Positions 1-13,485 of a stretch of 58,141 nucleotides of DNA are shown piece after piece; the stretch's first letter is position 1; every line of letters begins with the position of its first letter. The notes under the pieces were generated by a model. The model saw nothing but the letters and a program-made list of their open reading frames with translations. It was not told the DNA's origin and searched no databases. Source of the DNA: Octopus bimaculoides (Eukaryota); the NCBI RefSeq assembly GCF_001194135.2, contig NC_068981.1, positions 16,688,523 through 16,746,663 on the forward strand. The letters are read 5' to 3'. The translations under genes and the position numbers were made by a program.

Positions 1-544
1 ATCTTAGTGGAATAGTGGAAAGAAGCTCAGTGGAGTTCATTTAGCACTGTCGCCTTTATGTCGAATAAAACAAAATAAATCGACACAAACTAAATATATA
101 AAAGTATAATATGCCAAAGCATTTTCTAGTGATCTAAAATTGCTTCTTAAATCAGACAAGTGTGAGCTAAGCTGTATGTCGATACACTTTCTTTCATGCT
201 GTGTGTTATGGATCAGACAATTCTTAACATTTATCAAGCTAACAACAGAATGCTATTAAGTCACCCGCATGTGAACTAACAACTACTTTGACTATAGCTA
301 TATTTTAAGAAACTTTCGAAGAAATTTATAAGCGAGGATATAACTGTTTCCTCTAACAGTTTAACAGTTTCATACTTAGGCGGTGTTGCCAAAACAACTG
401 GTTTAAATGCATCAAATTTAATTCTGTTTTAGAATTATATGATTTAAACTTGTAAATATGATATTTATGGATATTGATTTTCTATTGTAATATTTTTTAT
501 TCCTGTTCTTTCGTGCTTCAGTAGTTTCAAAAATATACATGCAT

Positions 545-555
545 GGATATATGCA

Positions 556-607
<52 letters not shown>

Positions 608-664
608 ATATATATATATGTATGTATGTATGTATATATATACATATATATATATTTATGTATG

Positions 665-697
<33 letters not shown>

Positions 698-705
698 ATG
701 TATGT
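545..705. repeat. Compound (TA)n/(TATG)n/(TG)n microsatellite
   Basis: Directly visible; explains the YIYI/MYVC ORFs. Confidence 0.95.
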
Positions 706-1448
706 ATTCAGTGTATTTATTATACTTAAAAGCATATATATACATATATTCAAAATTACAGCTAGTAAGAGACATTATTTATTTGTTTCCGGTCACTTGT
801 TATTTATTCTAATTCTGGAGAATTATACTTTGAAATGATGGCTGTCAACGTTTCTGATAAATCGGAGATTGTCTGATCTGTTCGCCTCTAAATACTATTG
901 GGTCATTTCTGGAAAAACGAGATATTCATTCGTACTTCGTCATAAGTCTTTATCTACGTCTGCCATGGAGAATATTTCTCTGCTATCGCATTTCTGTCTT
1001 TGCTGTCTCCATATATGCTTGTATTTGTGCTTTCGTCGTTTTGTTGTTTTACTGAGATTAAACCCGCTCCCCGCCCTAGATATATCGCAACAAGAAATGT
1101 TCCATAATACAGTGATTGTATCCTGTAATCGATAATCTCTGGCAGCTACTTAATCTCAAGTGATGCATTAGAACAATAAATCAGTATTTGCAGCCAAACT
1201 CTTGGCTGGAAGTATTTCCTAAATAACAATTACTATAATGATACTTATGATAGATGGCGCATGTGGTGGAAAACAACTAAGTGATGGCCGAGATGTACAA
1301 CAGCGGCATGATTTTTGATAAACGATATCCCTCGGTGTATCCATTGCGTGTAAAAGAAAAAATATTCTGTAAATCAAGACAATTATCCGGTTTCGCTTTC
1401 CCTTTCAAAATAATTTCATATGCATTGGTTATTTTCTTAGATTGGCAA

Positions 1449-1575
1449 GGCGGCGAGGTGGCAGACTCATTAGCACCTCGGCCAAAATGTCTAACGCCAT
1501 TTCTTCCGCCATTACGCTCTGAATCCAAATTCCACCGAGGTCGACTTTGCCTTTCATACTTTCGGACTTGATACT
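1449..1575 (+). mobile_element. tRNA-derived SINE, family M (Meta-domain-like), diverged
   Basis: GGCGGCGAGGTGGCAG head and CCGAGGTCGACTTTGCCTTTCAT body shared with more than 10 copies in the window. Confidence 0.75.
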
Positions 1576-1842
1576 GATGTGTCGACGCCTCCAAGCGAAG
1601 AAGTAGGATCGCCCAAGACATATAAATAGAGCTAGTCTAGCCGTGGTAGAGGAGTTGAGTGAGTGTTGAGTAGCTGACGAGGAGCAGTCAAGTAGCGGTT
1701 GAGTAGAGATTATCCGAAGGTGCTAGGTAGCAGTAGTTTGAGGCATAACAGTTGGATACGGGGGATCGATATAATAGACTTACCCTCCCTAGAAATTTCT
1801 TGCCTTGTGCCAAACTTTGAAGCTAATTTTCTTGGATTGGCA

Positions 1843-2045
1843 AGGCGACGAGCTAGCAGAATCGTCAACCAGCCGGACAAAATGCGTAGTGGCATTTCTT
1901 CCGACTTCACATATGGAGTAAAATTCTCTGGATGTCATCTTTGCCTTTCATCCTATTGGGGTCGATTACACAAGAACCGGAGTCGATGTAATTGATTTAC
2001 CTTTTACTCCGAAATTGCTGGCCTTGTACCAAAATTTGAAACCAA
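1843..2045 (+). mobile_element. SINE family M, diverged
   Basis: Same head and TTTGCCTTTCATCCTATTGGGGTCGAT body. Confidence 0.7.
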
Positions 2046-2297
2046 TTTTGTTAGATTGGCTAATTAATCAGAGCCTAGAATATAATGCGATGCAGTATCT
2101 TGTTGCAAGTTTTAACGTTCTGGGTTCAAAACACTTCGAGATCAAATTCTCTTTTAATCCACCACAAGGCGATAAAATTCAAGTAACGTGATCGATGTAA
2201 TTAACTATTTCTTTATCCCATAAAACAAATCAGTTTTCATTTGTGTGCCTCAAATAACAAAATTTATCTCTTTTCTCTACGTTTGTTGAGTATAATA

Positions 2298-2385
2298 CAG
2301 GGTGTCCACAAAGTCTGGGTACAAGAGGATTAATATATACTTTAAGATATTATTTCTTATATTTCTTATATTTGTGGACAGCCTG
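2298..2385. mobile_element. 88-bp Tc1/mariner-type MITE
   Basis: TA|CAGGGTGTCCACAAA...TTTGTGGACAGCCTG|TA: 15-bp TIRs with 1 mismatch and TA target duplication. Confidence 0.8.
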
Positions 2386-2492
2386 TAGATAATCTCTGAA
2401 ATGGAGTCTGTTTGATAAGTAAATGCAACAACGAGTGTCAGCAACGAGTTCTAATTTTAGCCGAAGGCCATTAGTTTTAAAATGAGGGACAT

Positions 2493-2660
2493 GCCGATTA
2501 GATCGCCCCTGGTACTTGATTAGCACTTATTTTATCGATTCCGATGGAATGAAAGGCAAAGTGGACCTCGTAGGAATGTGAAGTAAGAATGTAAAGAGCA
2601 AATGAAAGACATTTAGGCAGTTTATCCGACGTACTCGTTATTTTGCCAGCTCGCTGACAT
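2493..2660 (-). mobile_element. SINE family M, diverged
   Basis: Reverse complement of family M (ATGAAAGGCAAAGTGGACCTCG...TTTTGCCAGCTCGC). Confidence 0.7.
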
Positions 2661-2700
2661 TTAGTATCAATAATTTTATCTAATTTTGACGATAAAAGTA

Positions 2701-2862
2701 GGTCGATTATATTTACTCCAGTATTTGACGGGTACTTAATTTATCGACCACGAAATAATGGAAGGCAAAGGTGACCTCAGCAGAATTTCGACTCAGAAAC
2801 TAAAAGTCAGATGAAAGGCTGCTACGCATTTTGTCCGACCTGCAAATGATTCTGTCAGCTCA
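2701..2862 (-). mobile_element. SINE family M, diverged
   Basis: GTACTTAATTTATCGACC...GGCAAAGGTGACCTCAGCAGAATTT...TTCTGTCAGCTC. Confidence 0.7.
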
Positions 2863-3218
2863 CAGCATTATCTAGCATCAATAATGAAAATTATTCCAGT
2901 CGAAATCGGAAGACTAATTTTACTGCTGTTATTAATAAAATGATGCTTTTATAGTAAACAGAATATAATTAAATATTAGTGATAGTATTATTAACATTCT
3001 GATGTGATAGCTAACAGCAGCAGTTTAGCTAATAAGCTGTTGAAATTTTTACAATTTCCATGAATAACTAATCGCTAACTAATATTGTACGCACTGTCTT
3101 TGAAATGAGACGTGAACAATAGGTTAGTTAGGTTTATAGAATTTCGATGAGAACCACGATGTTTTAACTAACGTATATTATACATACATACATGCATACA
3201 CACACGCACACACACACA

Positions 3219-3270
<52 letters not shown>

Positions 3271-3512
3271 GGAAAATCGGTGTGTGTTAGTTTGTGGCTT
3301 TGTTAGCTAACTCTTCCTGCATCGTTTTATTCATTATGATGAAACTTGACACGTGAGTAGAATTCATGTCTGGAAACCTCGACATATACTTAGATTGCTG
3401 AAAAATTCGATAATACGGCCCCTGGAAGGGAACTTTATATCTACATTTTCCATGACGAAAAATACAGGTNNNNNNNNNNNNNNNNNNNNNNNNNNNNNNN
3501 NNNNNNNNNNNN

Positions 3513-3549
<37 letters not shown>

Positions 3550-3864
3550 TATACACACATTACATTATATTATTATTATCTGTATGTGTATACGTATGTA
3601 TAATATGTGTACATATACAAGTGTGGTGTTTTAGGTATGATTAACTCAAAGAAAGTGGTCGCTTATTATATATTACTGTGGATAAGAGAATGTCTACTGC
3701 TTAGTTTCATTTCAGGCGAGAATTCTTAGGCAGAAGAGACCCTGACAGCCGGAAACTATGTGTGGGTCACTGAAAATTCTTGCAATAAACAAAATGATAT
3801 ATACATGCATGCATATACATCATACATACATACACACACACAGACACATACACAGATAGGTAAA

Positions 3865-3896
<32 letters not shown>

Positions 3897-3997
3897 CGTG
3901 TGTGTGTGTGAGTGTGTGCGTGCGTGCGTTTGAGACAGGTTCCTCTAACGAGTCTACGAAGCATTAAGTTGCATGGGTTTGATTCAAACTGTTTTTG

Positions 3998-4185
3998 AAA
4001 CCTGATATTTTTGTGGTAAGTAAAATAGAAAAAAAAATGCATAATCGGCACAGTATGTCTCGCTGATAACAGGATCGAAGAGGAAGAAGAAGAAAAACTG
4101 AACAGTTGTGATGAATTGAAGTAGGAAATACGCAGGTTGTGGGCAATGAAGATGGCGGACGTGATACCAGTTGTGGCAGCTACGA
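3998..4185 (+). pseudogene. Fragment of an R4/Dong-like RLE endonuclease
   Basis: Manual translation with frameshift: KPDIFVVSKIEKK..C..DNRIEEEEEEKLNSCDELK*EIRRLWAMKMADVIPVV, matching the RLE PD-(D/E)xK region. Confidence 0.7.
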
Positions 4186-4450
4186 GAGTCAAACATAAAG
4201 GTTATCCCTATTGTCACCGGAGCATTGAGTTCAATACCACCTAATCTGAAAAAAAAAACATCTGAAAGCGTTAGAGATACCCTACAATCTAGATGTATTG
4301 CAAAAGTCGGTATCACTTGGAACTGCACGCATATTTCGTAAAGTACTGTTTGTTTGAGGTCTTTGTTGTGACTTGAGAAATAGTACAAACCCCCGGTAGA
4401 CACAGTATCTTCAATCAACAACCTCAAGATATTGAATGCTGTGCGATGTG

Positions 4451-4451
<1 letters not shown>

Positions 4452-4536
<85 letters not shown>

Positions 4537-4570
4537 TGATGATGATGATGACGATAATAATAATAATAAT
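4452..4570. repeat. (TAA)n with (TGA)n interruptions
   Basis: Directly visible; 5' flank of the Dong-like element. Confidence 0.95.
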
Positions 4571-7500
4571 TTTAACCTTCCATATGTTCATATATTTATG
4601 ATTATCTAACGCTCATATATTGAGGATTATCTCAAGTACAAGACAACCCTCACATATTTATGATTACCTCAATTACAAGACAAAAGCCGAAACTAACCAA
4701 CATTTAATAATACCACACAGTAGTAGGGGCAAAGTTGGCAGATTTAAATAAATGACTGTTCTACTGTCGCCATGGCTACAAAGGTTAGCCACAACGATAC
4801 AGGTGGTAACTAAAGATGAGCAATGTGGTAATAGCAAGGTTAAATTAATTGTAATGGTATTAATGGCAAGGTCGACAATAGTGGCAGAGACCACAACCGT
4901 CACATCTACCACAATACAGGGCTCAATACTAATAATTTTAACGTAGCACAAATGTCTAACGAAGGGAAAAGGAAAGGAGATCCAGACTGGGGTCGAAAAG
5001 TCCTCCACTGGCACAAACTCTTCTCCAAATACGAACCTGGATGGTCACTTGAACGGCTAAACTGCCCCAACTAGAGCCCTTCAAATCCACCACCACATCC
5101 ACCACAGAAAGAAAAATGTAAGAGGATCAAATGGACCCCATAAGAGTATACAGAAGCAATATACGCCTATTACCATGCATGAGGCAGGCTACCTAAAGAG
5201 AAACACAACGCACACTCCTATCAAACATGGTGAACACGAAATCAAGACAGCAGACTATATTTGGACGAAATCAAATTAGCAAATGTTAGGAGAGGTATCT
5301 TCAGAAATTAAAGACTCACAGATAATGAAATAACTGCGATCAAACATGCAGCGGAAATGGCCTAAATATAAGATGGAAAGGAAATAAAGAACCAGACGAA
5401 GAGAGAAAGTCCCCATGAGTCTCAGTTGAAAGATTACCATTTTGCCAGAACACGCAAACGTCTGGAGAAATAAGTTGTAATTAACTTGATAAAGATAGCG
5501 AGGAAAGTGGTAAAGAAACGATATTTGAAGACTACAAATCTACTGAAGAACATAGAGAGTCTATGATTGAACTGAAGCAGGAAGTACTGAATAAGCTTGC
5601 AGTCGTAAGACACGCCAATATACGTGATAGAGACATAGTTCATAAACTCTCAAATACAATCCAAAGTAGAAAACCAATTGAAATTGGAAACTACGTAACA
5701 AAAGAAATTATACAAGAATTAAAACCAGATCTCACTGAATTGAATGAAATTATTTACGCAGCTACTAAGAAAATTTAAACCAGTTGTATGCCTCTGAATA
5801 AATAAAGAAATACAAACCCGAGAAGAGTTCCAAACTGGAAAAGTAAAATTGAAAAAGTGATTGAAATAATGAGAGGTGAAATATCAATATTGAATGAACG
5901 AATCTGTGGAAACAATGTAAAAACCAGAAAAGGAAGAACGATGAAGAGAAAACATAGACTCTCACCAAGAGAACTACTTTCAGCAAAAGAAACACTGCAA
6001 TAAAAATCCGAGCAAAGGTTCAAAGAATACGAAGATTGAGAAGAGAAATAAATTTAACAAGCAAAATAAGCTGTTCACATCCAATGCGAAAACATTCTAC
6101 AGAGAAATAGGGACGAGAAAATAACCGTTGAAAACCCCGCCCCCGCCATGGAAGAAGTTGCAAACGTCTGGTAAAATATCTGGAGTAATGAAAAGACTGA
6201 TAATAAAAATGCAGACTGGGTTACACGAACAGATGGATCCTACCAAAACTTACGAGAACAAGCATGGAAAGACGTCACAATAGCAGACCTAAGGGTGACA
6301 CTCACGAAGGCTCATAAGTGGAAATCTTCTGGTAATGATAGGGTGCCAAATTTCTGGTTCGCCTCACTCCTGTGTGCACACGAAAAGTTAGTCCAGTTAT
6401 TCCATGAAATTATAGGAGATCCTACGAAAACACCTGATTGATTAGCAAGATGTATTACTTACCTACTTCCGAAAAGTAATGAAACCAAATTTCCCCAAAA
6501 CTAGCGATCCTTAACATGTCTGTCTACCGCGTATAAAGTTTTAACATCCATCCTCGTGGGAAAAAACATACAAATTTATGGAACAGAACAATATTTTCCC
6601 GGTTAAACAAAAAGGGTGCCGACGAGGCTCATATGAATGCAAAGACCAACTCTTAATCAATCGCATGATCCTTGAGAACTGTCATAACAAGCGCAGAAAT
6701 CTCAGTTCTGCATGAATTAATTATAAAAAGGCCTTCGACAGCACACCGCATCGACGTATTTTGAAATGACTGGATATCTTCAAAATTTTTCCTGTGCTTT
6801 CAAAATTCCTGAAGCACCACATGTCAATGTAGAAAACCAATCTGTATTATTATCAACTGCAGCATTTTCGAAGGTGACTCACTTTCACCTTTAATTTTCT
6901 GCATAGCATTAATACCCCTTACAAGTGAACTCAACAGAACAGGGTATGGCTATAAAATTGGCGACAAGAAAATAAGTCATCTATTTTATATGGATAACTT
7001 AAAACTCTATGGCAAAGACGATAATGAGCTTGAAGGACTATTACGTACTGTGAAAGCATTCAGTGATGACATTGGGATGGAACTGGTCCTTGATAAATGT
7101 GCCAAGGCAACTTTCCAGGACGGGAAACTGAAGACCTTACTTCCAGTGGGTTGGATGCTGACATAGCTATAAAAGAACTCGAGCAGGAACTCACAAATAC
7201 CTCGGAATAAATTATGGCTCTGACATTTAGCATGCAAGTATGAAAGAGGAGATCAGGAAGGAGTGTTACAGGAAAGTTCCAGCAGTCCTAAAATCCGTGT
7301 TAAATGCATGTAACAAGGTGTTAGCTACAAATTCGTTAGCAGTTCTGGTTGTTATTTACATGAACGAAATAAGGAAGATTGACAAGAAAACCTTTAAGAT
7401 GCTAACTTTCAGCAAGTTGCACCACCCAAAGGCAGACGCACATCGTCTTTACCTATCCAGAGCCCAAGGAGGTCGAGGCTTGAACCAATTTGAAATCTCG

Positions 7501-8626
7501 TACAAAACCACGACAATTGGACTGGAAAATATCTTGAAACATCTAACGACTGGATGCTAAAGCTCGTTGAAAACCGTGAAATACGCCAAAAGCTACCTTC
7601 TGTTACGAAGGAGAGCAAATGTGAGTTTATGCATAATACCTAGGTTGAAGTGCATGAGGGAAGTGTAGCAACTGTAGTTGCAGAGTAGGTGAAATCAATT
7701 GAACAATTGGCTGATAGGTGGGAACAAAAAAAAACATCTGTATGGCAAATATGTGGCCCGTAACAAACAAGCTGATGTAGACCAGGAGCTCAAAGCGAAA
7801 GGCAGAAAGCGAACACTTTATCTTTTCTGCACAAGATCAGATGTTATTGACGCGGAATTATCAAGCCAACGTGATGAAAAATGGTGTAGACTCAAAGTGC
7901 CGGTACTGCAACGATGGGATTGAAACCGTGAACTGCCTAATCTTTGTAAGGTTTTAGTGCCTGCAGAGTACACATCAAGACATATCAGAGTTGACCAATA
8001 TCTACATTGGATAATGTGTCAGTATTAATAAATCATAACTGCTGACAAATGGTACAAACACCACTCTGAGGCTGTAATTGAGGTAGAAAATATAATTATT
8101 CTTTAGGGCTTCCCAGTATGTACAAATCGGACCATCAAGGCGAATAAAACAAATATTGTTGTGAAACATCAAAATAATAAAGTCTGTTTATTGATTGACA
8201 TGAGCATACCCTGTGATCATAATATCTCCGCAAAAGAATTTGATAAGCTCAAAAGATATAAATATCTACTAATCGAAATCGAAAAGATGTGGCATCTCAA
8301 GACGGTTACAATACCAGTGATTGTAGGAGTGTTCAAAAAAGGAAGTCAAAATTATTTAAGAATGATCCCTGGCTTACCATCCATGCAGGAAGTGCAAAAG
8401 ATTGTCTTAAGGGGTATTTCACACGTTTTGCCAAATGCATTGTCGTTGTAAATTGTCTTTCCTTTTCCTCCTTTATTTTATTTATCTACTTTTCTATTTT
8501 GTATTTTTTTCCTTTTCCTCTCTGTCTTCCTCATTTCTCTATCACATGACTCTGTAAATGAACAATCTCGTGTGTTTGTTTTAATGGCCTACCGATGTAG
8601 GTTTCTCTGACCTAGGTGTCGAAAAT
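4571..8626 (+). mobile_element. Near-full-length decayed R4/Dong-type non-LTR retrotransposon (single ORF, RT plus RLE)
   Basis: N-terminal RIKWT..Y..AIYAYYHA segment (~5120-5200); RT motifs NYKKAFDSTPH (~6720), GDSLSPLIFCIALIPL (~6875), HLFYMDNLKLYG (~6980); Zn knuckle SKCRYC...RH (~7890); RLE IDMSIPCDHNISAKEFDKL...EIEKMWHLK...PVIVG ending 8451; (TAA)n on both sides; many stops and frameshifts. Confidence 0.9.
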
Positions 8627-8644
8627 GATAATAATAATAATGAA

Positions 8645-9191
8645 TGCTCTGATGCAGTACCAGGCAGTGGCTCTCATAGCTTCTGATCTTAATTGACTGG
8701 ATGTGTTATCATGTACATTTTTTTTGTCTTTGTATTAAAGTCGGGCTACAGCAAATATTCTGCTCAATACCACAGATATGCTTGACCTTAACACGTTGAG
8801 AAGGTCCCTTAGTGGCTGACAATATGTGCATCTCTGATCACGAGCAGAAGTAGTGGGGGAGCATCATAGTCATGTGTTGAGAGGAATTCTTTGGGGTTTG
8901 GATAATTCACCTTTGGTAGCATGGGCGTTTTGTTCAACATCCTTAAACAATCCTTATTCAGGGATTTTTTGATCAGGATAGGCTACTCGACCGGAAGAAA
9001 ATTCTAACTTGGCCCCAACTGCTAGGTCACGCGCTGCTTACTTTCATATGAGAGATCATTTTGTCGCGTACACATGGCTGTGGTGCATGTGCCTGGTGTA
9101 CCCTTATCGAATGGGTAGTCATGATGGGTATACTGGGCTTCGTATATTTCACCCAAGCGTCACTTTGATGGCATGCACTGCTTTCTCACTC
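8645..9191 (+). mobile_element. Non-coding ~550-bp interspersed repeat (family D) embedded in (AAT)n
   Basis: Reverse-complement copy at 39916-40395; both copies have AAT repeats on both sides. Strand is assigned from the AAT orientation. Confidence 0.75.
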
Positions 9192-9194
9192 AAC

Positions 9195-9250
<56 letters not shown>

Positions 9251-9385
9251 TGATAATAATAATAATAATAATAATGATGATAATAATAATAATAATAATA
9301 ATAATAATAGACACATACATACATACATACATACGTACATACATACATACATACATACATACATACGTACATACATACATACATA
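9192..9385. repeat. (AAT)n followed by (TACA)n
   Basis: Directly visible. Confidence 0.95.
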
Positions 9386-11148
9386 GATTTTATGCAATAC
9401 ATTCAATATGGTGATTACACTAATGCGTAGTATAAATGATTTATCTACAAGTATATGGAAGCAAAATTCACTAAGAAGTACGCTTGTTAATTAATATTAA
9501 ATCAAATGTCACGTAGGAAGTATATGATAGTTAATTCCGTTGTTACTCGGAGTTTCTGTACACCTAGAGTCGATCGACGAGCGTCGAGATTGTCTTATTC
9601 CTCAGTTAATTCCCTCCTAATGAATACTCAAAACTGATACACTCACACATGGATATATGTACGCATGCATGCGTGTATGTATGTGCGTGTATCGGTTTGT
9701 TTGTTTGTTTGTTTGTTTGTTTGTTTGTTTGTTTGTTTGTGTGCGTGTGGTCGTTTGTGTGTCTGCGTCTGTGTGCGTGCTGTGTTCGTAGATGTATAAA
9801 TTGAGAGCTATTTCGCTGCATTATTTATACTTTGCAGTGGTGAAGATTGTGTTGGATGTTATTAGCTGTTAGAAGGTGAAAAAAAGAAAATGTCACAAGA
9901 TTTAATGTCAATAATGGGAGTTAATGTACTAATATTAATCTTGATAGTATTTACTTAAGGTAAATAGTGTGACCATAATTCTCTAATGGAATAAATCCAT
10001 TATCATTGGGTCAATGGCATCAGATAATCTTGTTAGTGAAGCGGTTTTAGGTAGATTACTGTTCGCTATATTAAAAATTCTCATTGTTGACCTTCCATGA
10101 ACAAGCATGTCTACTCTTATCATGAAATACCACCGCTGAGTGTGACGCTACACGGTTACTCGACCACTCAGAAATAACAGCCAAATATTGTATGAATATC
10201 TATTTCTACTACTATTATCTAATGCTGCGTATAAGAGAGCTTCTTCATGGTCACAAGATCTCCTAGATATAACAGCCAAATACATTTCAATATGCCGTTT
10301 GTCGACTTCGGGGTGTTGATTTCTTCTTAGGTAATGTGTTACGAGATGTATGGCGTCTGAAACGAAAGTAGGAGTATATGGTGCATTGACATTGTTCATA
10401 GATTTTCTCGATCAGAGATAATCTAGGAGTTACACCAGCAATACGAATAATGTATGGAAACCACATTAATGGTCCCTATACAACGCATTAATTTCAAACT
10501 TCTTATTTCAAAACAATCCAAAATAAGGAGACAAAGTACCATAGCTGGTAGAGTGCAAGACTTTAAACGCATTAGGGTATACTTTTTTGTTCAGCCTCAT
10601 TTTGAAATCAAACCCTTCGATGGTCGATTTGCAGCTCAACTTTCTGAAGCCTAAAAATTCTTATAGGTTTTACAATAGTAAATTCAATAAAACATTCAGT
10701 TCCATGGATATTTGATGACATTTTCCCATGTGCGAAATCACCATTCCTTAACGTGCAGGATTGTTTTCTCGCTGTCATTTTAGAATCAATAGATATCTTA
10801 TGTCGAAAGGCTTTCCCTGCATCTTACTGTGACGGTAAAATTCCTGATTCCAGATGCTGTGATTGTTGGATCTACTTTCATTTTGTTCATTGTTGATCAA
10901 TAAGATATGTACCAGTTAAATACTTAGGTCGCAGTAGTAATAATTTGCCTTAGTATACATCCACTTTCTTAAACGTGTGACAATTTGTCAATAACAGAAC
11001 TCAATATTTACTCAGTCCTAATTCACGGTAGGTGTATTAGTCTGTTCGATTTTAAAACTATTTCAAATATTTAAAGATCAGTGCCTACGATTAAATTCAA
11101 TTATCGCGATCTGTGAAAGAAGAACTAATAATGTACACCGTATCAATT

Positions 11149-11542
11149 GTTGTTGTTGTTGTTGTTGGCGCTCCGTCGCTTATGACGTCGAGGGTTCCGG
11201 TTGATCCGATCAACGGAACAACCTGCTCGTGAAATTAACGTGCAAGTGACTGAGCACTCCACAGATACGTGTACCCTTAACGTAGTTCTCGGGGATATTC
11301 AGCGTGACACATTGTGACAAGGCTGGCCCTTTGAAATACAGACACAACAGAAACAGGAAGTAAGAGTGAGAGAAAGTTGTGGTGAAAGTGTACAGCAGGG
11401 TTCACCACCATCCCCTGCCGGAGCCTCGTGGAGCTTTAGGTGTTTTCGCTCAATAAACACTCACAACGCCTGGTCTGGGAATCGATACGGCGATCGTAGG
11501 ACCGCGAGTCCGCTGCCCTAACCACTGGGCCATTGCGCCTCC
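11149..11542 (-). mobile_element. Full-length tRNA-derived SINE, family A (OR-like) with (CAA)n tail
   Basis: A/B-box head on the minus strand; co-linear with 21478-21862; 14-bp TSD ACACCGTATCAATT (11135-11148) / ACACGGTATCAATT (11543-11556). Confidence 0.9.
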
Positions 11543-13485
11543 ACACGGTATCAATTATATTGATAATAATGCTTCTTGTTAACAAATAAAAGCCTCAAGG
11601 TTAGAATTAGCAGTCAACTTTATTATTTCACATCTAATTTGTCTTACATAACGGATGAATTTCATTTAAGTCGTTATTATCCACAAAGGCATGAACATCT
11701 CAACGTCCAGTTTTAGTAATGTATAACTGATGCTTCGTATCATTGTACCTCGGCATTAGAGAATTGTTAGTTATTGTTGCAGGTTCTATTGTTGTTGCCT
11801 TTTGCGTTCGTTCTTGATAAACTTAGACTCATCAATGACCTTTTACGAAATCTCATTAGTGCTTTGAAATTAGACATAATTGTGGAAGTAAAAGAAACCA
11901 AAACACTAATTCTTCGATTCTTACTTCTGAAATTATTTCTCCGATATTCTTTCCCGACTTCCTTTGTTTTTTTTTTCTTTTTTTTTCTTTTATTTTACGA
12001 AATATTTATTGAATAGGAATCGATTTTGCAATATTCATTTAAAGTTCTCTTCACATATAATTCTGCTCAATATTTTCGGAAAATATTCAGCTAATTCAAT
12101 TGAAAACAAAATTGCTTCCGAGTGGAAAACTGTAAACTTAACAACTCTTCAGCATTCTCTCTTACATGGTTCAGCATCAATTCAATATTTTCTGACTCGA
12201 TATTACAAACTGTTATCATTTGCTACATACGCACTCTTATTTTCTTCACACATACACACACAGGTACGCACACACACACACTCTCTCTATCTTTCTTTCT
12301 CTTTCTCTTTGTTTCTCTTTCTCTCTCTCTCCCTCTCTCTCTCTCCCTCTCTCTCTCTCCCTCTCTCTTACACACACACACACACACGCGCGCACACACA
12401 CACTCACACGCTTATAAACTAAAAGAAAATGACTTTGTTTACTTCATACCTTTATCCGTTTGCAGACATTACTGTGATGTTAAAATACGAAAAAAAAAAG
12501 AGTAAAAAAAAAACAATACAAATAGAAGCGACGGAAAAATACAGAGAGATATTAGATGTGGTTGTTTGTTATAGTAGGTTAAAAAGAATGTAATTATTTA
12601 CGCTAATGAAATTAGATAATTTACTATGTATTTGATTCTGTTCTCTGACTTTTTTCACTGACTGGTCATTGCAATATATCTCGTCAGTTCATTAAGTGGC
12701 CATTCACATCGTTAATGCTCCACTGAATAGTTTGAAATGTTTTGTTGTTTTTTCTTATTCTTCTTCACCTACAACTACGGTTTACTATTTTGTGGACTAT
12801 GACGTGATGAAACCTAGAAATTTTGCGGTAGGTTTCATATTTTCTCACTCATTAACGAAGTAAATGAAATCACTTCAAATAAAATAACGAGAACGTTCTA
12901 CACTTCACTGATTGTCAAAGACTAATAATGAGTTTGATGAGAGGTCTTTTTTCAAGTAGAGTAGGAAGATAAGTGGAACAAATTTAAACTTTCCCGAATT
13001 AGAATATACAATTTATAATGTACAGGGTAAACTAAAATCCTTTCGAAATATCTACATCAGAATTGCTCTATGAACGATAATATTTTTACATTGATTGTGG
13101 AGGAATCTGGACGAGGATAAATGCACTAATATTGAAAGTACATCTATGTCGACAAATTATATATCTGCAGAGCAAAGGAAATCTAATATTTAGTCGTAGA
13201 CTTTTTAAAGGGTTTTAATATACTTGGGTGGGTTTACGACTAATTTATTAAATATGGAAGTAAAGGAGAGATGTATAACTAGTATCTGAATGTTCATCTC
13301 AGGAGATCAATGTCATTGATGCCTAATCTGTGTAGCATTGCGTTTTGTAAAATGGTGCGCATGAATCAATTTTAAAATGTTGCAACTCTACAAATAAATG
13401 ACTAGATTTGCATCTTGAGTTTTCTTAGAAAGTAAGAGGTACTATTTTAAAGACGATAGGACGAGGAAAGCTGTATGTAGCTAAT

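Noticed and set aside
1670-1728. CTGACGA-GGA...TCC-GAAG hammerhead-like string
   Set aside because: GAAG instead of GAAA, GUG site violates NUH, stem I only 3 bp, single copy
9900-11100. Repeat-poor stretch with 83-aa and 66-aa ORFs, possibly a decayed viral or transposon gene
   Set aside because: No recognisable motif in any frame I translated; needs TBLASTX
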